From assembly GCA_937873695.1 (NCBI GenBank), contig CALMYL010000030.1, forward strand, positions 10,171 to 74,170: a DNA stretch of 64,000 nucleotides, written 5' to 3'. This document shows positions 1 through 8,142 of the stretch, piece after piece. Both the position numbers and the translations under genes were made by a program. This DNA comes from an uncultured Ignavibacteria bacterium. GTDB lineage: Bacteria > Bacteroidota > Ignavibacteria > Tepidaquicellales > OLB5. The notes under the pieces are model-generated. The model was given only the letters and a program-made list of their open reading frames with translations. It searched no databases and was not told the origin of the DNA. Each line of letters starts with the position of its first letter. Position 1 is the stretch's first letter.

Positions 1-725
1 CCGGCGCAGCCTTCACCTATGACCGCCATATCAAGCACGAGCAGTTCTTTTGCGGAATCCGGTATGCCTACACATGAACCATGTCCAACTTCTTCGTAAT
101 TGGAAAAATAAAATCCAACATTCGGCTTGCTGCCCGATGCCGCGTATTCTTTTATAAGCTCAATCATAACAGCGGCGCATGCCTTATCATCCAGGAAGCG
201 GCTTTTTACAAACCCGCTTTTGGTGTACTCAAATCTTGTATCGTAGAAAACAAAATCTCCCACACTTATACCAAGCTTTATCACGTCTTCGGCTGATCTG
301 ACCAGCTCATCAAGCCTTATCGACATATTTTCAGTACTTCGCTTGGTTTCACCAAGCTTTTTATTCACATGGCTTGCGGGATTGTTAAGCAGAAATGTTC
401 CGCGGAACAACTCACCCTTAAAACTGCGGACTGTTACATATTCACCTTCAAATGAATTAAGCTCAAGTCCGCCTAAGCGGGTTATCTCTATAGTACCGTC
501 ATCCTTAATTTCCTTAACCATTGCGCCAAGCGTATCGATATGTCCGGTTACAATAAGCTCAGGATCTTTTACAAAACTCACAAGCAATGAGCCTTTATTG
601 GTTTTAGTAATTATCACATCAAGTCCTGAAAATACTTTTTCCAGGTGATTGGTCACTTCAATGGTATAGCCTGTTGGTGAATTTATTGCAAGAATTTCTT
701 TTAATGTAGTTACAATGTTATTCAT
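1..725 (-). CDS. M42 family metallopeptidase (glutamyl aminopeptidase / FrvX-like); 3' end runs off the window
   Basis: Own translation of the minus strand from ATG 725..723: MNNIVTTLKEILAINSPTGYT...LIVTGHIDTLGAMVKEI...SRFLDDKACAAVMIEL...NYEEVGHGS. The frame stays open to the window edge. It is missing from the ORF track because it is truncated. Confidence 0.75.
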   Translation of the reverse strand, partial: MNNIVTTLKEILAINSPTGYTIEVTNHLEKVFSGLDVIITKTNKGSLLVSFVKDPELIVTGHIDTLGAMVKEIKDDGTIEITRLGGLELNSFEGEYVTVRSFKGELFRGTFLLNNPASHVNKKLGETKRSTENMSIRLDELVRSAEDVIKLGISVGDFVFYDTRFEYTKSGFVKSRFLDDKACAAVMIELIKEYAASGSKPNVGFYFSNYEEVGHGSCVGIPDSAKELLVLDMAVIGEGCA

Positions 726-769
726 ATGATTATGAAAGGAAAATTATTTAATAAATTGATTCTCAGCAG

Positions 770-789
770 CCCACGACTTCAGTCGTGGG
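770..789. repeat. Short hairpin CCCACGAC-TTCA-GTCGTGGG; related copy at 52331-52350
   Basis: 8-bp stem with a TTCA loop, read directly. The second copy has the same loop and one extra C:G pair. Confidence 0.7.
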
Positions 790-808
790 AAAATATTTTA
801 TAACTGAT

Positions 809-830
809 AAAAAAACCGTTTTAACGGTTT
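809..830 (-). terminator. Intrinsic terminator candidate downstream of the FtsB-like gene
   Basis: Minus strand reads AAACCG-TTAAAA-CGGTTT followed by a T run, about 20 nt after the stop at 852. Confidence 0.55.
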
Positions 831-851
831 ATAGTGATACGCTATTCAATA

Positions 852-1178
852 TTATTTTGTACTATCCGTTACAACTTTATATATCTCTTCGCCATCTTTT
901 ACCATGTTATACTTTTCCCGGGCGACTTTTTCTATCTTTTTATCCGATGTGCGGAGTTCTTCAATTTCTTTCTGCAGCATCAACGACTTATCCTGCTCAG
1001 ACTTCAGCTTTTCCTTTAACTGCCGGTTTTCCATTTCAAGCTCAACCCGCTGCAATATCCCTTTTTTGCCAAAAACAGCGTATGATAATATCGCGGCAAG
1101 TATCAGCAGGTAAACAAAAAACTTGCGCCTGTGATAAATATACTTAACAATATTTTTGCCGAAGCTGTCTTCCTTCAT
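852..1178 (-). CDS. Septum formation initiator (FtsB/DivIC-like) protein
   Basis: 108 aa with one N-terminal TM helix (FFVYLLILAAILSYAVF), then a coiled coil (LEMENRQLKEKLKSEQDKSLMLQKEIEELR) and an AREKYNMVK tail. It lies next to ddl. Confidence 0.7.
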   Translation of the reverse strand: MKEDSFGKNIVKYIYHRRKFFVYLLILAAILSYAVFGKKGILQRVELEMENRQLKEKLKSEQDKSLMLQKEIEELRTSDKKIEKVAREKYNMVKDGEEIYKVVTDSTK

Positions 1179-1196
1179 AAAGGTAAAAATAGCAAT

Positions 1197-2228
1197 TTAT
1201 TTATTTAAACTTAACTCAATAATTCTGTTTAACAGCGCGGTAAAATTCATACCCGCCGCCCCGGCGGCTTTTGGCACAAGGCTCAATTCCGTCATTCCCG
1301 GCAGTGTGTTCACCTCAAGGCAGTATGCTTCACCCTTGCTGTTTAACCTGAAATCAACTCTTGAATACACCCCGCATCCAAGGGCATTATGCGCAACAAT
1401 GGCTTTATCCTGTATATGTTTTGCAAGCTTTTCGGGCAGGTCAGCGGGACAGAAATAATCAGTGAATCCCTTGGTGTATTTATGCACGTAATCATAAAAA
1501 CCGTCCTTGGGTTTTATTTCCACTACAGGGAAGGCTTCGCCGCCTATGACCGCAACGGTAAGCTCACGGCCCTCAATGTATTCCTCTGCCATAATATGAT
1601 CTGAATACGCGAAAGCATCATCCAGAGCTTTTCCTAACTGTACGTCTTCAACATCAGGCTGAACTATTGAAAGTCCCACTGTTGAACCCTCATCATTCGG
1701 CTTTATCACAGCGGGATAACCTACCTGAAGCTTAATGCTTTCATCAACCTGTAATTCAGTTTGATTGCCCTTTTTTAACATGAACCATTTAGGGGTCATA
1801 ATATCATAGTGCGTGAACATAATTTTGGAAATGTTCTTATCCATTGCCATTGCGCTTGAGGTGACGCCCGTGCCGGTATATTTTACTCCGCGCATTTCAA
1901 GCAGTGATTGTATCCTGCCATCCTCGCCAAACTTCCCGTGCAGCGCAAGAAAAACAATATCGGTGTTATCAAAAAGCTCTGAATTTATGCACTCAATTAC
2001 TTTCCTGTTGCTGTATAAGTTAAGTTCTTCGGCTGTAGGGAATTCTTTCCCTATAGCGGGCCTATCCATAAATATTTTCTCTTCATCAGGCTGCGAGGTG
2101 CCGTATATGGGATCGATAACTCTTACATTATTGCCCGCGTCACGCAAAGCTTTGGCTACCGATCTGCCTGAGGCAAGCGCTACATTTCTTTCAGCGGATG
2201 TACCGCCGGTTAGGACTATTATATTCAA
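1197..2228 (-). CDS. ddl: D-alanine--D-alanine ligase
   Basis: 343 aa. N-terminus MNIIVLTGGTSAERNVALASG with an ATP-grasp body (EYIEGRELTVAVIG, CLEVNTLPGMT). Confidence 0.9.
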   Translation of the reverse strand: MNIIVLTGGTSAERNVALASGRSVAKALRDAGNNVRVIDPIYGTSQPDEEKIFMDRPAIGKEFPTAEELNLYSNRKVIECINSELFDNTDIVFLALHGKFGEDGRIQSLLEMRGVKYTGTGVTSSAMAMDKNISKIMFTHYDIMTPKWFMLKKGNQTELQVDESIKLQVGYPAVIKPNDEGSTVGLSIVQPDVEDVQLGKALDDAFAYSDHIMAEEYIEGRELTVAVIGGEAFPVVEIKPKDGFYDYVHKYTKGFTDYFCPADLPEKLAKHIQDKAIVAHNALGCGVYSRVDFRLNSKGEAYCLEVNTLPGMTELSLVPKAAGAAGMNFTALLNRIIELSLNK

Positions 2229-2270
2229 TTCAGCAATTATTTAAAATTTTTCAGTTAATTATTTTTGTGT

Positions 2271-2906
2271 TCATTTACTTTTGTAAACCGTGTTCTTAAG
2301 TGCATCAAGCTTTCTCAGTTGTACGGCGGGAATAGCCTTAGCTCCCCCAAGTACCTTCGCGTTAAAACAAATTTGCGCATACTGCTCAAGCTTTTGCGTG
2401 ATGTAATACGCTTCCTCTAAAGTTTTGCCGTAAGCAACCAGACCGTGGTTACCAAGTATGACAGCGTTGTGCTCCATAACAAACGGCTCAATTGATGCCG
2501 GCACTTCATCGGTTGATGGTGTTGCATAGGTAGCTAATGGAATATTCCCGAACTGCAGGTAAACCTCAGGCAGAATATTCGCAGGCAATTTTTTGCCTGC
2601 TGCCGCAAATGAACAAATATACAATGGGTGTGTATGTATCACGGCATTTATATCTTTGCGTTTGCTGTATATATAGAGGTGAAGCTTAAGCTCGGTAGAT
2701 AAATGACGCTTGCCGGCAAGCTTTTTGCCCTTCATATCGCATTTAACCAGATCCGCCGGTTTTATTTTTGATTTATTTGTTTTTGATGCAGTTGAAAGGA
2801 TGTAATTCTTCTTTGTTCTAACACTCAGGTTACCATCATATGCTTTAACAAAGCCGCTTGCGCCGCATAATTTTGAGTATTGTATTAATTCGTTCTTAAG
2901 TCCCAA
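2271..2906 (-). CDS. Class II aldolase/adducin family protein (fuculose-phosphate aldolase-like)
   Basis: 211 aa with VIHTHPLY and NHGLVAYGKTLEEA motifs typical of the family. Confidence 0.8.
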   Translation of the reverse strand: MGLKNELIQYSKLCGASGFVKAYDGNLSVRTKKNYILSTASKTNKSKIKPADLVKCDMKGKKLAGKRHLSTELKLHLYIYSKRKDINAVIHTHPLYICSFAAAGKKLPANILPEVYLQFGNIPLATYATPSTDEVPASIEPFVMEHNAVILGNHGLVAYGKTLEEAYYITQKLEQYAQICFNAKVLGGAKAIPAVQLRKLDALKNTVYKSK

Positions 2907-2948
2907 GTTTAAATGGATTACAAAAGCATAGATTTAATATAAGATCTG

Positions 2949-2976
2949 ATATTTGTTATTTGATATTTGATATTTG
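2949..2976. repeat. 7-nt-periodic TTG tract (ATATTTG TTATTTG ATATTTG ATATTTG)
   Basis: G at 2955, 2962, 2969 and 2976, exactly 7 nt apart. It lies between the metF stop and the aldolase start. Confidence 0.8.
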
Positions 2977-2984
2977 AAAACTAA

Positions 2985-3944
2985 CTACATTTTCAAATGC
3001 TCAAACATCTTATTTATCGGCTTTGCACTTTGCATTATATAAAAATGCAGGCTAGGCGCGCCGTTGTTGAGCAGTTCTTCAGCCTGCCTGGCTGTCCACC
3101 TTGCGCCTATTTCCATTACATGCTCATCTTTAGCTTCAAGTATTTCCCCTGAGAGCTCTTCGGGTATATTGATATAAAAATTCTTCGGGATGGTGTATAG
3201 ATTATTTTTGGTGGTAATGACTTTCAGCCCCGGAATCACCGGTACATCAATTCCCGCTTCGCGGCATTTATTCACAAAATCAAAATACACTTTGTTATCA
3301 TAAAACATCTGCGTAACAACGTAATCACCGCCGCAGGAAATTTTCTGTTTAACGTGGTCAACTTCAACCTTCATGTTTGGTGCTTCAAAATGTTTTTCGG
3401 GGTAACCGCTCACTCCAATACAAAATGCTGTCGGCTTGGCGTCAAGCAGGTCATCTTCAAGGTACTTACCCTTATTCATATTGTTCACCTGCTGAATAAG
3501 CTCATATGCAAAGCGGTTTTGTGATTTATATTCCGGTATCGGTTTATGATACCCAAGGTCATCACCGCGTATTGCAAGAACATTTTCAATGCCAAGGTAG
3601 TTCAGCTCAATAAGCGCGTCTTCGGTCTCTTCGCGGGTAAAGCCAAGGCATAAAATGTGCGGAACAGTATCAATATTAAAATGATTTTTTATAGCAACGC
3701 TTATGCCAATGGTTCCGGGGCGTTTGCGTATTACTTTCTTCTGAATGCCCTGCGGCGTTTCCCTGTATTCAACTTCCGCTGCGCGTGAGGTTACATCTAT
3801 GAACGGCGGCTCGTACTTCATTACGTCGCCAATCACATTAAAAAGCTGGGTTATATCACCGCCGCGCTTTGGGGGTATAACCTCAAAGCTGATAAGCGGC
3901 TTATGTTTTCTTTTTGCCTTCTCTAAATGTTCAATTACTTTCAC
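2985..3944 (-). CDS. metF: Methylenetetrahydrofolate reductase
   Basis: 319 aa with ISFEVIPPKRGG, LAIRGD and VTQMFYD motifs. Confidence 0.9.
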   Translation of the reverse strand: MKVIEHLEKAKRKHKPLISFEVIPPKRGGDITQLFNVIGDVMKYEPPFIDVTSRAAEVEYRETPQGIQKKVIRKRPGTIGISVAIKNHFNIDTVPHILCLGFTREETEDALIELNYLGIENVLAIRGDDLGYHKPIPEYKSQNRFAYELIQQVNNMNKGKYLEDDLLDAKPTAFCIGVSGYPEKHFEAPNMKVEVDHVKQKISCGGDYVVTQMFYDNKVYFDFVNKCREAGIDVPVIPGLKVITTKNNLYTIPKNFYINIPEELSGEILEAKDEHVMEIGARWTARQAEELLNNGAPSLHFYIMQSAKPINKMFEHLKM

Positions 3945-3965
3945 GCTATACCTGCTTAATTGTAA

Positions 3966-4964
3966 TTACCTAATATCAGGTGTAATATTATTAGCTTTGC
4001 TGCCTGTAAGATTCTGCTTGGTGCCTTTTTCAACGTCAATAATCCATACACTTGAAGTCCCGTCACCCTGGCTATCGAAAACGATCTTGCCGCCATCGGA
4101 TGACCAGTTGTATTCAATTACATTACCCGCTTCGCTGGTAAGCTGCCTTACCGAACTGCCATCTGACTTAACAAGGTATATCTGGAACTTACCCGCTTTA
4201 TCGGATACATAAGCAAGGTACTTGCCATCGGGTGACCACTTGGGGTTATATGAGCTTCCGCTGTTGGAAATAACTTTAACATTCTTTCCCGATGCGTCAC
4301 ACATCTTAAGCGTACCTTTGTAATTTATGTCAAACGATGAAAACGCGATCTTTTTATCATCCGGTGAATACGTTCCGTAAATTTCGGCGTCCTTGGTGGC
4401 AACTATTACATTCTGCGCGTTATCGGTTGTATCGTTCAGGTTAAGCACTACCAGATCAAAGTTCTCCTCAGCGCTTGATGAGTAAACAATTTTCTGTCCG
4501 TCGTGAGAGAACTCCGCGTGTGTCGCAAGGCTGCCGTCACTGATGGGGAAAGTCTCGCCTGTTACCATATCCATTATATAGATAGCGTTGCTTTCATCTT
4601 TTTCTGAACGGTACATCATCAATGAACCATCTGAGGTGAACTGCGGATCAAGTCCGCCATCTATGAATGTGGGGAAACGGAAAGTCGCCGTATCATCAAG
4701 ATCGATCATATACAGGTAATCGCTTATCCTGTTTGTTGCGAGGAAAAGTATTTTGTTGGTATTGGGTACAAACTTCGGCGAGTAGCAGTCAAGCGCAAGA
4801 AAGCTTACCTGTTTAACATCATCGCCGTCTTCGTTCATAACGAAGATCTGCTGTTTATCATTTTTGGTCGCATCGCTTGAAAAAGCGATCATTTTTTTCT
4901 GCGGGAAAATGTTTGCTGCTGTAACAAATACCAAAACCGCGGTTAGAAGAAGGAATTTCATCAA
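3966..4964 (-). CDS. Secreted PD40/TolB-like beta-propeller repeat protein
   Basis: 332 aa with a signal peptide (MMKFLLLTAVLVFVTAANIF) and repeated S.DG..I.F/Y modules (FSHDGQKIVYSS, YSPDDKKIAFSS, WSPDGKYLAYVS, WSSDGGKIVF). Confidence 0.7.
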   Translation of the reverse strand: MMKFLLLTAVLVFVTAANIFPQKKMIAFSSDATKNDKQQIFVMNEDGDDVKQVSFLALDCYSPKFVPNTNKILFLATNRISDYLYMIDLDDTATFRFPTFIDGGLDPQFTSDGSLMMYRSEKDESNAIYIMDMVTGETFPISDGSLATHAEFSHDGQKIVYSSSAEENFDLVVLNLNDTTDNAQNVIVATKDAEIYGTYSPDDKKIAFSSFDINYKGTLKMCDASGKNVKVISNSGSSYNPKWSPDGKYLAYVSDKAGKFQIYLVKSDGSSVRQLTSEAGNVIEYNWSSDGGKIVFDSQGDGTSSVWIIDVEKGTKQNLTGSKANNITPDIR

Positions 4965-5076
4965 ATTGAGCCTATAAATCCATTAAAATTTTAGAATAAT
5001 CTGCAATTTTACCCAATTATTTGGACTCTTTCAAGGAAGTAATTTTCCTTGAAATCAAGCCCCAGAGTGGCATAAT

Positions 5077-5111
5077 AAAAAATGTCCGGCAATACTCTAC
5101 CGGACATTTTT
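5077..5111 (-). terminator. Bidirectional intrinsic terminator; part of a 47-nt module repeated at 18964-19010
   Basis: A6-TGTCCGG-(10 nt loop)-CCGGACA-T5. On the minus strand it follows the 958-aa gene. Confidence 0.65.
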
Positions 5112-5122
5112 AATTTTTTCCT

Positions 5123-5148
5123 CATTCCCAAACTCCAGTTTGGGAATG
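5123..5148. repeat. Perfect palindromic hairpin CATTCCCAAACT-CC-AGTTTGGGAATG just after the 958-aa gene stop
   Basis: 12-nt arms read directly. There is no T run on the minus strand, so I do not call it a terminator. Confidence 0.6.
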
Positions 5149-5159
5149 CATATTTTCAT

Positions 5160-8036
5160 TTACTTCAGCAACACCATCTTCTTTGTATCAGTAAAAATCT
5201 CCCCGTTGTTGGTGTTGCCTGACTTGTTTCTAAGTTCACCAACAACCATCTTATAAAAATACATCCCACTTGCAAAATTCGATCCATCAAACTGAACTTC
5301 GTAGCTGCCGGCAAGTTTGTATTCGTTAAAGCTGAATACTTCACGCCCGAGAATATCATAAATCTTTATTGAAACATTTACATCCTTCGGTATTTCGTAT
5401 TTTATGTTTGTTACCGGATTAAATGGGTTCGGATAATTTTGCAATAACCTGAACTGCTTTGGTGTATTGTTATTTGTAAAGCTGCTGGTTTTGATGTTTT
5501 CACCTGTTATCAATGAAAGTACGTTTATCTTGTGATTCTGATAGTTTGTGTTGCCTGATAAATTATCACCCTGCACCATATTTTCAAGACAATATTTGTT
5601 TAACAGAGCGTGTAGACCTTTTGAGTTATTCTGGTTTGACTGATATATTGCGTTATAATCATTCACAGCATCTTCAACGTTACCCTGTTTTACCTTTGAT
5701 TTTATCACAAAGTCTTCCGCAAGTTCTCTGGATTCTACCGGGTATGCTGAATTTGATTTGATTGAATTGTAATAACTCTGGATGATTTGATAATCTGAGC
5801 TTGATGCATGAGATTTTTCTAGGCTGTTGAATATCCTTGATAAAGATACAGGCGCAAATGATGAAGTCTTGTAACTGCTTACAACTTCTTTGTAGTGAGT
5901 AATTGCATCAGTGTAGTTTTGTGACATTTCTTCTGTGTATGCCTGCATGAATAAGTCTTCGGGGGTGGAGTTATCACCAAATGATTTTGTGAATACCGTA
6001 TCATACATACCCCAGCCAATTGAGTTTAATTCTGTGCCGTCTGTCGAAGGCAGGGTTGAACCATCAAACGCATCGCTGTAATTTACATTTCCGCCAGATA
6101 TATCAAATAATGATGATTGCGGAGGATTATCATACCAGTAATTTATCTTTGCGTTTACTGTGGTATAAACAAATGTAAAGTTACCGTTCATGTAATCTGA
6201 GCCGTTGACTGTTATTCTGTTATAACCTGAATCCATCAAAGGATAACAATCAGCAAATGCTATACCGCTGTTTGAAGGTGTTCCTGTGATTGTATTATCG
6301 CCGCCAAGCCACCTTAACGTACTGCCAGATACAACAGGCTTCATAACAGGGTAAGAATTTGAAGCAAGATCAATGTTCTTTACATAAGCATTGCTTAATG
6401 TATTTTTAAGCATATAAGGTGATGAATATGAACCGTAAACTGACTTCTGGAAGTTATTTACTGTATTATATTCAATCGTACCGTTTGAGTTATCTAAATA
6501 TATCCCTGTACCTGAATTAGTTGAGCCTGTTATGGTATTTCTACCAATGTATTCAGATGATTGCAATAATGAAATACCTGTTGTAACATAATTTAAGTTA
6601 TTATCAGCAATTGCTACTCCGTTTGTAGGACAATATTCAGCGATAATACCTGCTGTAAATCCTCCTGAGCCTGTTTTTTCTGAATTACATCCTTTAATCA
6701 GAACATTATAGCTGTTATTTACATAAACATAGTTCAGTAAATCAGAACTTGTTGAGTTTTTGAAAGTACAGTTACTTATTTCAACTGCGCCGGGTGAACC
6801 AAAAGGATTATAATTATCTGTTATATTTATTCCGTTTACTGCGTTCTGGAATGTACAGTTCTTTAATGTATCATACGCAATACCATCAAGATAAATACCA
6901 TCCCATGTTTGGGTCGAATCAAGTGAAGTAATCTTAACATTGTCACATTTAATTCGTGAACCATTCTGAAAAACAAGTCTTGTATTTTTGCCCAATCTCA
7001 ATTCAGAATAAGGGTTCATAGTGAAAACTGCAGAACTATCAAAAACTATTGTTGTACTGTCCGGAAATTCTACAATTGCACTATCTTCTATTGTTACATT
7101 ACCGCCAATAAATGGCGAATGAGCTGGTGAGCAGTAACTTACCACTCCTCTTCTTTCATATATGATGTTAATGTTTCCATTGACAGTGCCATTATTACAA
7201 AATTTACCTCCATGTTTAATAAATAAAGTACTGTTAGGTTGAAATGTTAAAATTGCATTATCAGAAATTGTGAACGTTGCGCCGTATTCTATATACATTG
7301 TTTCATTTTGCTTAATATAAGCATGATGACCAGATGATATACTAAAATTTAAAAATAAACTCCCGTAATTTAAATGTTGATTGAAACCATTATAATCAGT
7401 TGCTTTGATAGGAAAATACAAGTATGAATTATTTCGTTCATTTGTGGTTTTAAAATAACCCTTATTTGGTGTTTTGGAAAAAGAATAAGTCAGTGGATCA
7501 ACTGTCCCAACTTGGCTAAAAATTCTTAAATTGCGGTTTACATCTGTATGATCAATATTTATAACGTTCCCACCTATAAATTGAAATGTAATATTATTAT
7601 TTGAATTAAATCTAATCCAAACATCATTATGTTGGTAATTTGGTAAATCCCAATCACCATAGTCCATATTAATGTAATCTATTAACCCTGTCAGCTCATC
7701 GCTGTCGGGATCAACATCCCAAAACTCAATTCGGTATTTGCCAATTCCAAAGATACTGTCACAAGCATCATGGCTTGAAACATCCCATGATAGAAAGAAT
7801 CCGCGCAATGGGTCATTTTGGTTTCCATTAATACTCTTTAATAAACGTTTATAACCAGCAAAAATATAATTATCTTTATTAGGGTAATCGTGATCAGCCT
7901 CCGCTGAATATCTATAATCTCTTGTAAAACCAACTAAATTATCATAATCCTCAATGGTTTCTAAAGGTTTCATGTTAAAAATCATACCAACCGGTACAAC
8001 TCTTACAAAAATATCTTTTGAAACATCTCTATTCAT
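5160..8036 (-). CDS. T9SS cargo protein with a parallel beta-helix-like body and C-terminal sorting domain; the ORF as drawn has no signal peptide (see 8061-8123)
   Basis: 958 aa. The C-terminus is QNYPNPFNPVTNIKYEIPKDVNVSIKIYDILGREV...KKMVLLK (T9SS type A CTD pattern). The body is N/T/G/S-rich with repeated NxT segments, as in pectate-lyase-like folds. Confidence 0.8.
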   Translation of the reverse strand: MNRDVSKDIFVRVVPVGMIFNMKPLETIEDYDNLVGFTRDYRYSAEADHDYPNKDNYIFAGYKRLLKSINGNQNDPLRGFFLSWDVSSHDACDSIFGIGKYRIEFWDVDPDSDELTGLIDYINMDYGDWDLPNYQHNDVWIRFNSNNNITFQFIGGNVINIDHTDVNRNLRIFSQVGTVDPLTYSFSKTPNKGYFKTTNERNNSYLYFPIKATDYNGFNQHLNYGSLFLNFSISSGHHAYIKQNETMYIEYGATFTISDNAILTFQPNSTLFIKHGGKFCNNGTVNGNINIIYERRGVVSYCSPAHSPFIGGNVTIEDSAIVEFPDSTTIVFDSSAVFTMNPYSELRLGKNTRLVFQNGSRIKCDNVKITSLDSTQTWDGIYLDGIAYDTLKNCTFQNAVNGINITDNYNPFGSPGAVEISNCTFKNSTSSDLLNYVYVNNSYNVLIKGCNSEKTGSGGFTAGIIAEYCPTNGVAIADNNLNYVTTGISLLQSSEYIGRNTITGSTNSGTGIYLDNSNGTIEYNTVNNFQKSVYGSYSSPYMLKNTLSNAYVKNIDLASNSYPVMKPVVSGSTLRWLGGDNTITGTPSNSGIAFADCYPLMDSGYNRITVNGSDYMNGNFTFVYTTVNAKINYWYDNPPQSSLFDISGGNVNYSDAFDGSTLPSTDGTELNSIGWGMYDTVFTKSFGDNSTPEDLFMQAYTEEMSQNYTDAITHYKEVVSSYKTSSFAPVSLSRIFNSLEKSHASSSDYQIIQSYYNSIKSNSAYPVESRELAEDFVIKSKVKQGNVEDAVNDYNAIYQSNQNNSKGLHALLNKYCLENMVQGDNLSGNTNYQNHKINVLSLITGENIKTSSFTNNNTPKQFRLLQNYPNPFNPVTNIKYEIPKDVNVSIKIYDILGREVFSFNEYKLAGSYEVQFDGSNFASGMYFYKMVVGELRNKSGNTNNGEIFTDTKKMVLLK
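5201..5246. repeat. 46-nt palindromic element, copy 1, inside the CDS
   Basis: CCCCGTTGTTGGTGTTGCCTGACTTGTTTCTAAGTTCACCAACAAC matches 20241-20286 at 44/46 positions. Stem is GTTGTTGGTG/CACCAACAAC. Confidence 0.85.
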
Positions 8037-8060
8037 TATAAATATTTCAGCCCGTGGGGT

Positions 8061-8123
8061 TTACTGCGCATACAAAACATTTAAGTTTAAAAAGAACAAA
8101 ACAGTATAATATAAAGTTTTCAT
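8061..8123 (-). other. Orphan signal-peptide coding segment (MKTLYYTVLFFLNLNVLYAQ) ending at a TAA that is in frame with the 958-aa ORF
   Basis: Codon-by-codon translation from ATG 8123..8121 gives 20 codons, TAA at 8063..8061, then TPRAEIFI and the annotated Met at 8036, all in one frame. Confidence 0.75.
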
Positions 8124-8142
8124 AATTGTTATTTCTCTTTTA

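Noticed and set aside
8061-8063. Stop-codon reassignment or readthrough as the explanation for the in-frame TAA (8061) and TAG (43534)
   Set aside because: TAA and TAG clearly end well-conserved genes at their expected C-termini in this window; I checked ddl (TAA at 1197-1199) and metF (TAG at 2985-2987). A recoded genetic code is therefore unlikely. Isolated nonsense mutations or sequence errors are simpler. Local readthrough cannot be excluded from sequence alone.
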